Part shown: positions 54,030 through 64,000 of the stretch, piece by piece | How positions within the stretch are numbered: position 1 is the first letter of the stretch | Layout of the letters: every line of letters starts with the position of its first letter | From: Camelus dromedarius | Lineage: Eukaryota | DNA: 64,000 nt | Assembly: GCF_036321535.1 (NCBI RefSeq) | Contig: NC_087437.1 | Location: 92,010,001 to 92,074,000, forward strand | Direction of reading: 5' to 3' | Notes under the pieces: generated by a model | The model's input: the letters and a program-made list of their open reading frames with translations, nothing else | What the model was told of the DNA's origin: nothing | Databases searched by the model: none | Program-made: the position numbers and the translations under genes

Positions 54030-54426
54030 AAATGTTTCTGAGTTCCAAATTAGAATATAAACTCACTGAAGTGGAAAAATAGTTCTGTATTATTTATCAA
54101 CATATTCTCAGAAATTGATACAGTGCTTGATATTTGCTAGGTGCTCCATAAACATTTATTGAATAAAGAAAAATATCTTTAAAAATACATTGTAGTTACA
54201 GACTGCTTTCTGTTAATCTACATTGTCCTTTTTAGGTCCTTTGAGAAAAAAAATTCAAAGAGAAAATATGACAAGTTTATTGAACCACTAGAATTGGGAG
54301 ACTAATACTTCGAATTGTTGTTCAAATTTATATCAGTTTATTTCTAGGATAAAACTCAAATTCTCCACTTTGGCATCTCAGAAAATTTTAAATATAATAC
54401 ATATTATAATTGGAGCATTACTAATG

Positions 54427-56338
54427 CTGACTTCTATTCAATATGGCAGAGTCAAGACTGTGAGAGGCTCTCACTTCTCATTTTGTCTCTCAAAAATATA
54501 GCAATTAATATACAATAATTTAAGAAAAAACTTAGCTCAAACCAAAAAACATTACAAATCAGACAAAAAAATCAAAAACAAATCAGAGTATCATAGTCAA
54601 GATTTGTGAGTAGGACTTTAGTGTAGAGAAATCACGGGTTAATCAGAATAACGTAAGTATTTTAACAACTAGAAATTAGAGAAATAGCCAGGGAGGGGGA
54701 AAACAGTAAAACCTGGGAAAGGAGCAGAGCATTCTAATTTCCAGAGTTATCACATTATTTGATTTAAATGTCCAGTTTTTAACAACAACGTCAGCAAAAA
54801 TCACAAGGCATACAAAGAAATAGGAAACATATTGCATTCAAAAGAAAAAAAAAATTAGACAGAAACTGCCTCTGAAGAAGACTTAATAATGTATCTCCTA
54901 GACAAAACTTTAAAGTAACTATCTTAAAGAAGCTGAAAGAACTAAAGGAAAATGAAGAGAAAGTCAAGAAAACAGTGTGTGAATAAAATGAAAGTATCAA
55001 TAAGGAAATAGTAAACCTAAAAAAGAAAACAAAAAGAAATTCTGGAGCTGAAAATTACAATAAATGAAACAAAAAATTCATTAAAGGAATTCAAAGACTC
55101 AGTTGGGCAGCAAAAAAAAAAAAGAAAGAAAGGAATTCACAAACTTGAAGATAGTACAATGGAAATTATTGAGCTGAGGAATAGAAAGAAAAAAGATTAT
55201 AGAAAATGAACAGAGAATAAAACATCTGTAGGACACCGGCAAGAAAATAAGCATGTGCTTATTAGATGGAAGAAAGAAAGAGGCAGAGAAAATATCAGAA
55301 AAAATTGTGGCTGAAAACTATGAGTTCAACAAACTTCAAGTAAGATGAACTTAAAAAGACTCACATTGAGATACATTATAATCAAACTTTTGAAATCCAA
55401 AAAGAAATAGAGAATATTGAAGGAGCAATTTATCACACTACATACAAAAAGCTCCTCAGTAAGATCACCAGAAGATTTCTCATTAGTAACTTTGAAGGCC
55501 AGAATACAGTCGGCTGATACAATCCAAGTGTTAAAAGGAAATAAATAAATAAACCGTTAATCACAAATCCTATATCCAGCAAAACTACCCTTCAAAAATG
55601 AGGGAAAAATTAAGATATTTCCAGATAAACAAAAACTGAGGGAGTTTATTACTACTGGACCTGCTCGGCAAAAATTGCCCAAGGAAGCACTGCAGCATGA
55701 AATGAAAGGTTACTAGTTAGTAATCTGAAGAATTATGAAAAAGTAAATATTTCAATATTGGTAAATAGATGGGCAATTATACAAGTTAATATTATTGTAA
55801 CAACAGTTTGTAACTCCACTATTTTTTCTATGTGATTTAAGAGACTAATATATTTTTAAAAAACTATTTATACAGAAGCTAGTATTACTATCATTTTGTT
55901 TGATAATTCCACATTTTGTTTTGTATATAATTAAAGAGTCTAATGAATTTAAAATAATTATTAGTTTATGTTTTGGGGCACACAATGTAGAAAGATGTAA
56001 TTTTGTGACATCAATAACCAGTAGGAGTAGGGACAGAGCTGTTAAAGGAGTAGACTTTTATATGTTACTGAAGTTAAGCTGCTATAATTTTGAGTGTTAC
56101 AACTTTAGGAAGTTAAATCTATCCCATGATAACCAGAAAGAAAATAGCTACAGAATATATACAAACAGAAATGAGAAAATAATTTAAACATTTCAATATA
56201 AAAAAATCAACTAAACACAAAAAAGACAGTAGCATAGGAAATGAGGGACAAATATAAGCCATATACAAACAAATAACAAAATGACAGATGTAAGTTCCTT
56301 TTTATCTGTGATTATGTTAATATACATCCTTCAAAAGA
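54427..56338 (+). mobile_element. L1M 5' portion: 5' UTR, decayed ORF1, inter-ORF region, first bases of ORF2
   Basis: Start 'ctgacttctattcaatatggcagagt'; ORF1 'gaaattctggagctgaaaattacaataaatgaa' (EILELK) and 'atcctatatccagcaaaacta' (ILYPAKL). Confidence 0.85.
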
Positions 56339-56340
56339 TA

Positions 56341-57578
56341 TGCATCATTTTAAACTTTTTTTTTTTTTGGCAGGGGTTGGGGAGAGGTAATTAGGTTTTT
56401 ATTTATTTATCTTTAATGGCAGTACTGAGGATTGAACCCAGGACCTTGTGCATGCTAGGCAGGCACTCTACCACTGAGCTATCCCCTCTCCCTTACATTA
56501 TTTTAATTTTCATGAAGTCCAACTTGTCTATTTTTCTTTTGTTGCCTTCAAGGGATAATAAGATGATGTCAATAGAGTAAAAAAGGTAATTAACAAAGTG
56601 GTAGAAAATATTTAAAAATCATATATCTGATAAGGAATTACTATAAAACCTGTATCAAGAAGCCCTAAAACTCAACTACAACAAAAACCTAATTCAAAAA
56701 TGAACAAAGGACTTGAATAGATATTTCTCCAAAGAAGAAATACAAATGACCCATAAGCATGTCAAGAGATGCTCAACATCATTATTCATTAGGGAAATGC
56801 AAATTAAAACTATAGTGAGTGCCATTTCATTCCTATTAGGATGGCTACTGTAAAACAAACAAATGAACAGGAAATAACAAGTGTTGGTGAGGATGTAGAG
56901 AAATTGGAACCCTTGTGCACTGTTGGTGGAAATGCAAAATGATACAACTACTGTGGAAAACAGTATGGCAGCTCCTCAAAAAAATTTTTTTTAATGGAAT
57001 TAGCAAATGACCCAACATTTCCAATTCTGGGTATATAACCAAAAGAATTGAAAGCAAAGTCTAGAAGAGATATTTGTACACTCATGTTTATAGCAGAGTT
57101 ATTCACAATAGCTACAGTGGGATGGTAACCAAGTGTTCATCAATGGATGAATGGATAAGCAAAATGTGATATATACATACAATGGAATATTGTTCAGTCT
57201 TAACAAAAAAAAGGAAATTCTGACATATGCTGTTTATTACATGGGTGAACCCTGAGGACACGCTAAGTGAAATAAGCCAGTCACAAAAAGATACTGTTTG
57301 ATTCTACCTATTTGAAGTATTTAGAGTGGTCAAAAACATGGAGACAGAAAGTAGAATGGTGGTTGCTCGGGTCTGGAGTGAGGCAGAAATGGGGAGTTAC
57401 TGTTCTATGGTTTCAGTTTTACAGTCTGAGGTTTTGCAACGTGAAAAAAGTTATGGAGATGAATGGTGGTGATGGTTACACAACATTTTGAATGTATTTA
57501 ATACTACTGAATTGTACGCTTAAAAATGTTTAACATGGTAAACTTTATATTATATGTATTTTACCACAGGTTAAAAAA
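56341..57578 (+). mobile_element. L1MB-like 3' end (late ORF2 plus 3' UTR) with a short inverted 5' segment
   Basis: Sense from about 56548 ('tcaaggga...agaaaatattt...aatcatatatctgataagg') to 'tattttaccaca...aaaaa'; antisense piece 'ttttcatgaagtccaacttgtctatttttcttttgttgcct'. Confidence 0.85.
56356..56492 (-). mobile_element. tRNA-Ala-derived SINE, Vic-1 (camelid)-like
   Basis: Minus strand GGGAGAGGGGATAGCTCAGTGGTAGAGTGCCTGCCTAGCATGCACAAGGTCCTGGGTTCAATCCTCAGTACT... with A box, B box, 'taaataaataaaaacctaattacctc' tail region and poly(A); TSD tgcatcattttaa / tacattattttaa. Confidence 0.88.
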
Positions 57579-57974
57579 TACATATATATTCATTAATATT
57601 AAAAAGTCACTGGAAAAATTATAACATAAAAAAGTAAATAAATATTTATACTTCCCTTGCTAACCAAAACTTCCTTACCTGCCATAGATAATAAGACATC
57701 TGTTACCTTGATTAATGGCTCGGGGAGGGCTTACCTCAGGAAGTTGTATATCAAGAGAAAGCCAAACCTCAAGCCCCACTTTGGTTTTCCCTCAGATTAC
57801 AGCTAGAGTCATATCCCAGCATGCATCAGGGGGCCGATAAAGCCAGAGGAGCTATAGACCACCAAAAAAATTGCAAGACATGACTAATTTATATTAGCAC
57901 TTTAACAGAGAATATACGTAGATATGTATTCTGACCATGCTTTACCACAGGGTAAAAAAATAGTTATTGGTTGA

Positions 57975-58182
57975 ATGTATTGGTTTCATTTAATAATTCT
58001 TATTCTGAGGTGATTTTTCCCTTAAGAAGACATTTAGCAAAGTCTCCAGGCATTTTGTTTGTTTGTTTGTTTGTTTGGCATCTGATGGGAAGAGGCCAAT
58101 ATCTTACAATAAACAAGGGTTTATTGTACAATAAAGCATTTCTAGCCCCCAATGGCAAATGTGCCCAGATTAAGGAACCATG
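57975..58182. mobile_element. hAT-Charlie MITE, MER20-like
   Basis: 'ggtgatttttccc...gacatttagcaaagtctccaggcattttg', 'ggcatctgatgggaagaggcca', 'tgcccagattaaggaaccatg'. Confidence 0.65.
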
Positions 58183-59296
58183 ATACAGATGCATTTACCA
58201 GACAGTCTAGATTTAATGTGTTTACCTAAGCAGGTAGTTCTAAGTGTTTATTTGGTTGGCTCAATGTGAGGAGATGAAACAGGATGAATTTTCATGGAAT
58301 CCTTAGAATGTGGTGGCAAATACCAATAAACGATTACTGGAATAGATTATAATATATAGCATAACTATTTCACTACTGTTCACTTTAGAGACTGAAAAAG
58401 TTATTTTTCCACTGAGGCTTAAAAAATTAAACATGTTGTTGTGGTAGTTTCTTCTAGGGTAAGGACATGAGTAGATGTGGCATTAGAAATGGAAGATAGT
58501 TCAATGGAAATGGCTTGATCCCATAGTGGCAGAGACATAACAGAACATTTATCTGACAGAGTTAAGATATTGGACAGCAAGGTTAAAATAATGATTAAAT
58601 AGTCTAACCTATAAGGAGGCTTAATATGAGGAAATTGACCAGAGTGCCCCAAAGACCAAAATACATGGATATCCGGTTTAAGTTCCTACTTTAATTTCTA
58701 TAGCCAAAAGAATACTCTAGAGTCCAGTGATTAAAGATGGCAGGTTTGAATCACCAAGGCTTTGGAAATGATTTTACCCAAATTCCAGATCTGAGTCGTT
58801 TCACAGCCTCAGGGTCATTCAAGTGAAAGGGGAAAGAAGTATTGAAAGAGAAACCTGCAGTGATATCACTGGTACGTATAATGCATTTTCAACCTAGTTC
58901 ATGTCTGCAGAAGAGACCTGCAGCAATTTAGCAGTTTGCATGGCGAAACAAAAGAATGATTTTGTCCTTTTTGAAATAAAATGCCTGCTGTGTGGAGCAG
59001 ATTTGTAATATTTCTGAGAATAAAATGATTTATCTAAGGATGTCAGTCATCCAACTTCCCCTAAAGCCTCAATGCTTGCTGAGATTTTTGAGACAAATAA
59101 ACAAAATGACCATGACAACACAAAGGAGGCTATTCAGTAACTGATCAAAAGAGACTTTACCTCACCAAGCCTGATCTAACTACCTCCACTGTTGAGGGCC
59201 CAAAGTACCTCATCTTCAGGTCCCTACAATGGAACATAACCCAGGATTTGGTGACAGAAGACTATATTTGACCCAGTTTTTAAATCACACAAGAAA

Positions 59297-59760
59297 TTCA
59301 TTTATGGATTCAGCAAATATTTATTAAGCCCCTACTACGTGTAAAAGACAATTCAGGCTTGGGGTACATTACAGAAAAAAAAAAAAAAAACAATATAAAG
59401 AATCAAAGGTCTTTCCTTTGTAGAACTTACATTCCCATTAGGAGCAAGGCAAAAATAAGCAAAGACTATCATAAGAAAGTAAGTGATATAATACACTGTA
59501 AGCTGATAAGTAGGATGCAGGACATAAGTAAAACTGAGTAAGAGAAACCATGGACATAGCATGGTTAGGGGAGTGCACGCTGAGATCATATTTGATTAAA
59601 GATTTGATGGAGACTGGTATTTAGGTGGATAACTGGGAAAACCTTGTTTCAAGCAGGAACTTTGTACTCAGTCAATTCAATGAGTAAGAACAAGGAGGCC
59701 AGTGTGACAGGTGAGGGTGAGGAGACAAGGGGGACAGTAACAGAAGTTGGAGAGGTAAAA
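59297..59760 (-). mobile_element. L2 3' end
   Basis: 'ttcatttatggattcagcaaatatttattaagcccctactacgtg', 'tagaacttacattc', 'aaggaggccagtgtgac'. Confidence 0.75.
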
Positions 59761-59889
59761 TAAGCATGTGGCAAGGACCTGCATTCCTACTATGTTCCTG
59801 AAATGATGGATGCCAGAAATATTCAGCAAGCAATATTAATAGCTACCACTGCGTGGTCTGCAGTTCTCGCAAGACTTAACTCACTCTTT

Positions 59890-60140
59890 TCCTCCATGTT
59901 ACATAATCTTGCCTCCTCACAAAGGAATAATCCTAGAAGTTATAGCTAGTTGTGGCATCGAAGTCCATGATCTATATGTTCTGTGCGGTAGTCTTGCTAC
60001 CCAATCTAGGGGTAGCTCTGATCCTGTGACCATGAATGGAAAGGACAAGCGATGCTTCCATACATTCCAAACACAACGGTCGAACAAGGACAATATAGCC
60101 ACCGTATGCAGTCCCCTTCATCAAGAGGAGGAGAAGACAC
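59890..60140 (-). mobile_element. MaLR internal (MLT1-int-like) fragment
   Basis: 'gacaagcgatgcttccatacattccaaacacaacggtcgaacaaggacaatatagccac' resembles the recalled MLT1 internal sequence. Confidence 0.4.
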
Positions 60141-60143
60141 AGC

Positions 60144-60346
60144 CAATGATGTGCTAGTGTCACAATATACTGCCTTGCAAGTCCCAATTATTGAATTTTC
60201 AGGAAATCTGTAAGTCAGTTAACATCATAGTGGTGGTTTGAAATTGGCGATGGTGGGGATACTTCTACCAGGGAAATCAAATAGGGCAAATCAGGATTAT
60301 TTTTCCCCAGGGGGCTGGCAGTCAAACATTCATGGATAAAATACGG
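60144..60346. mobile_element. hAT-Blackjack MITE, MER63A-like
   Basis: 'caatgatgtgctag...attgaattttcaggaaatctgtaagtcagttaacatcatagtggtggtttgaaattggcgatggtggg'. Confidence 0.7.
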
Positions 60347-60889
60347 AGGCATACCACAGTTACTTAAAAAAACTTAACAGGACAGATGGTGGGAGGGTTC
60401 ATTATCCTGTGGGTGGGAATGATCGTTTGTTAATCTTTGAATTTGCTTCTGGACATTGGAGGAGACCAAGCTCTCCTTGACAGCAGAATAGTCAGCCTGC
60501 TCTCTGGACATCCAAGGTTAGGGCCACAAGGGGTCATTTTTGGCTTCACTGTCCAGGTTACTGCTTCTTTTGAGAGCACAATGCTTTCAAAACTCCGAAA
60601 GTATTATCATTCTCTAATTCAGATATATTCAACATGCCAGAAACAATACACAGTATTAATTTTGAGATACAGATCTCACACTCCTATATTTCTTTGATTG
60701 CTAACTCATGTATCTTTTTCTCTGTTTCTTTCCAGTTATCTTGAAACTCTTACGATTTAGTGGGAAAGTCACATACTTATTCTTTTTTCCCTGAGGCATT
60801 TTGTACATTTGAAAGGATATAAATTCAAGTAGGCTCTACATTCTTAACTTGATCTTTGCTCTGAGACACTTTAATCCATTCATTGGTTT

Positions 60890-61092
60890 TAAAAGTGACA
60901 GAAAGCAGGTCAGCAGTTGCCTGGCGAGGCAGCAGAGGAGGGCTGGATTACAAAAAGCACAAGGAAACTTTACAGGGTGGTGGCCCTGTTCCTATTCTTG
61001 TTTGCGGCAGTGGTTTCTTGGATTGTGTACATATGTCAAACCTGATCTTCATATATGCTTTGAAAATACGCAGGTCATTGTATTTCATAATA
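60890..61092 (+). mobile_element. L1ME/MD 3' UTR fragment
   Basis: 'gacagaaagcaggtcagcagttgcctgg...ttacaaaaagcacaaggaaacttt...tacatatgtcaaac'. Confidence 0.75.
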
Positions 61093-61484
61093 AGTGTGAA
61101 GTCCATACCTTGCTTTGATCTTTACAAAAAGGCCTTTACAGTTTTATCTTTTTCCAGTCGAGGGAGGGGTGGGAGGGGAGGGAGGGAAAAATGGTCACTT
61201 CTTAGTGTGCTTGTTCCCTTTCTACTTAGTAGTGAATGAGCTAATCTTCTGAAGTTCTCTCTCTCTGGTCAGTGCCAAGAGTAAGCAATCCACACTATTA
61301 ACATTCTCCTTTTTAAAATCTGCACCTAAAGCTACATTTCATTAAGTCAAATATTTAACTACTGACTAACATCCTATAAGCCTCTAATATCTTCACAGTC
61401 TGTCACCAGGCCTTTAACCACAGCCACATGTGTTAAGATTTTTGTTTTTCTACATCACATTTCACTTCTAGGAGGTGATTCATC

Positions 61485-61745
61485 TTTCAGTCAAAATAGC
61501 CTTGGCTATGCAGTGTAGCAAATAACACCCCAAATGTCAATTGTTTTAAACATCACAAAATAATATCTTACTAACTTTTGCAATTAGTGCAATGACCCTA
61601 GAGTGGGAATTTGCTTAGCAGATATCAAAACAACAGAGAGTACCCGCATACACATCAGTGGGTTGGCAAAGTCTTAACCACTTGTCCTTACCCTGAGATT
61701 CAAGTTACCAGAGCAACTGATCTGGAGCTATGTTGTAGCTCCTTG
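61485..61745 (-). mobile_element. Old MaLR LTR fragment (MLT1J/K-like)
   Basis: 'tcagtcaaaatagccttggctatgcagtgtagcaaataacaccccaaatgtca'. Confidence 0.45.
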
Positions 61746-61789
61746 TGCAGGAAAGTAGTTGAGATAGGTTTGCTATAGAGAAAGTGATC

Positions 61790-62085
61790 AAGAAATAATA
61801 GATGGTGTTTGGGGAGTAGAATGCTTGTAACTGAGATTATGAAAGGTGTATGGATATCGGTAATTCCAAGGTCTACAGTATGACCATGGGATTGAGTGGC
61901 TGATGGATATTAGAGCAATTGCAGGGCACGATCATTAATCAAGAGTGTTTCAAACAACTGAGAAGCCAAGGCATTGCATTTACCATGAAGGCATATATTG
62001 AAATTGCTCAAAATTAATACTGGAGTAAAATTGGGGAGAATAACATAAACCAGAAGGTAAAATTATGGAGAAATGAAGTGAAGGG
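61790..62085 (-). mobile_element. L2 internal (endonuclease-region) fragment
   Basis: 'aaggtctacagtatgaccatgggattgagtggctga', 'caaacaactgagaagccaaggcattg...tattgaaattgctcaaaatt'. Confidence 0.5.
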
Positions 62086-63099
62086 AATTGAGTTAATAAA
62101 TATTCACTGTTGCCTAGAGAAAAAAAGTAGTAAGGACAACATGGGTTAGCTATCTGTAATTTTTATCTATGGTGTGTTACTACTATCTAAAAATTTTTAC
62201 ATTTATATTAAAATATTCTCTGTTATCTCCACTAATTTTTACAAAACTTAGGTGGTGGATAAATTTACATTTTAGTTCATAGATAACAATATAGTAACAT
62301 AAGATCCTAAAGTGATGTGAGGGAGAATGGAGAATTGGCTTGGAAATAACTGATAACCTTTAAAGTTGAGGAAAGAGTGCATTTTTGTTGGTACTAGGTA
62401 ATGGTATATTATATTTTAAATATTTCTGGAAGAAAAATTTCTAAAGTGTTGAATTATAGTGACTCTTTTATTACTCAGGGACCTGAAGATCTGAAACTAC
62501 TTTTCATTAAGAAATTTTCCACACTACTGGAATCTGTTGTACGTAAAATCTATATTCCACTATCAACACGAAAAAGGACAGATAACTACTTTCTTATCCT
62601 TTCTTGAAGTTAGGGCATGGATATACCTTGCACCTCTTAGACATGGCCAGACATATTCACCTTGGACAATATGGGGTATATGTTTCCATTAAGAAGGAAC
62701 AATGAAGCATCTTTTCAGACAGGCACAGCAATATCCAGCCTCTAGAATCCAGCAGAAGTGGTCATAAAGCCAGTATCTAACGTCCAGGATTACTGGCGGC
62801 GACCATGCAGTTGCCAGATGTTATGCTCAGCAATGGTGGCAGTGTTCTCTCTGGGCTCCCTTTGTGGCATGCTCTTGTCTGCGCTGGTTGCTTTGCCTCC
62901 CTGTGATTATATTCATTTACTGATTTCCATTCTTCTGTCTCCTAGAGTCAGGATTTGTTTTCTACTTAAGTCAGGTAGCTTACTGGTTTTGCTTGCAATT
63001 AAGAATGCTGACTGTTAGGAAATATATAGAATGGGAAGAAGAAAATCTTCACAGAAATAAAGTCTGAGCACTGTCTCGAATAGGGGAAAGATTTGAGTT

Positions 63100-63600
63100 T
63101 TCAAATTAAAAGATTACACCAAGTTCCAAGCTGGAAATACAAAAACAATTTCACCTGAGATGCATCAGACTGAAATTATAGAATATTAAAAACCAAAAAA
63201 AAAGGTAAAGACTTCTTTAAAAATACTGAAAGAATGAGAGATTTCTCATTTATAACAATAGATTCCAGAAATGATAGAATAATGCATTCAAAATAATATA
63301 TTCAAAATAACTGTCAATCTAGAATTTGATTCCCATTTTAACAGCCATTCAAGAATGAGAGGAATTATAGCCTTTTTTTAAGACCAAAATTATAATGTTA
63401 CTCCTCATAGGCCTTTATCAAGAAAATCACTATAATACAAACTTCAGAAAGAAGAAAATTAATACAGAAAGAGTGATGATTTAAAAAATTATGATAGACA
63501 AAAACTAACATAATGTGGTAAATAAGTATTCACTGCAAAAATTAAAAAAAAATGGTAATCCGTGTCTACTTTAAAAATGTTTAAAAATAATATACATTCT
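63100..63600 (+). mobile_element. HAL1/L1ME ORF1-like relic
   Basis: 'atagattccagaaatgatagaataatgcattcaaaa...aactgtcaatctagaatttgattccca'. Confidence 0.5.
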
Positions 63601-63713
63601 AGAGTGCATCTAACTTAAGTGTATTTTGATGCATTTTTAAAAACTTATAATGGTCCATACCAACCAGAACAATCAAGACAAAGTCCCTTTGTGTCCCTTC
63701 CTCGTCAGGTCCT

Positions 63714-64000
63714 GTGTAGTGACAAAATATGCTGCCTAGCTCCTTCAGGAGAACAAGTTACAGGGAGCACGGCTGTCTCCTCTCTAGATCCATACCTCTA
63801 CTCATGGCTGTAGCCTCCAGATTCGTACATGCATTCATGACAAGACTGTGCTTCCAGCAGGCTACTCCCAGCAAAGCATCAAGCACTGCAGACGTGCTAA
63901 TGTTGGCCCTTATTGAAGGCTGTGGGACTCCTCCAGCGATGTTCACAACAGCCTGGCCACAAATGAGCTCAGAGCTGCAGTCATCTGAGACTCTTCCTAC
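63714..64000 (+). mobile_element. ERVL LTR, LTR16-like, runs off the window end
   Basis: 'tgcttccagcaggctactcccagc', 'tgggactcctc', 'gcctggcca...tcagagctgcagtcatctgagactcttcctac'. Confidence 0.65.

Larger units (their letters stand above)
52420..54170 (+). mobile_element. L2 LINE 3' portion with 3' terminus, interrupted by an MLT1 LTR
   Basis: 'ttttttcacttggctttcag', 'acttcctgactggtcccct', terminal 'taggtgctccataaacatttattgaataaa'. Confidence 0.75.

Noticed and set aside
56420..56492. Functional tRNA-Ala gene
   Set aside because: The acceptor stem is degenerate, and it is followed by a SINE tail, poly(A) and TSD.
58858..58871. 14-bp perfect palindrome cagtgatatcactg
   Set aside because: A few palindromes of this length are expected by chance in 64 kb.
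1423..63946. ORF-track entries as host protein-coding genes
   Set aside because: All are 127 aa or shorter. Those with recognisable homology are frameshifted L1 ORF1/ORF2 pieces, and the others lie in LTRs or low-complexity AT-rich DNA with no domain or exon structure.

Overview
This is AT-rich, CpG-poor eutherian genomic DNA, either intergenic or deep intronic. I found no supportable host protein-coding exon. The ORFs with recognisable homology are decayed LINE-1 ORF1/ORF2 fragments, and the rest look like chance frames. A large fraction of the window is transposon-derived: several ancient and nested L1M elements, L2, MIR, MaLR/ERVL solo LTRs, two younger ERV1-type solo LTRs and hAT/Tigger DNA-transposon relics. 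One tRNA-Ala-derived SINE of the Vic-1 type suggests a camelid genome. The most distinctive items are: (i) a tailless 5'-half tRNA-Gly(TCC) retrocopy cut at the anticodon loop and inserted into an L1 ORF1; (ii) an internal L1 ORF2 fragment lacking both ends; (iii) a twin-priming-type L1 inversion later hit by the SINE; (iv) a CpG-retaining ERV1 LTR with an intact promoter layout; and (v) a G-rich tandem duplication carrying an E-box/GC-box, a G4 motif and a GAAA hairpin. I see no evidence for a new multi-gene system. Repeat family names come from recalled consensus sequences, not a database search. Boundaries without a stated TSD are approximate.
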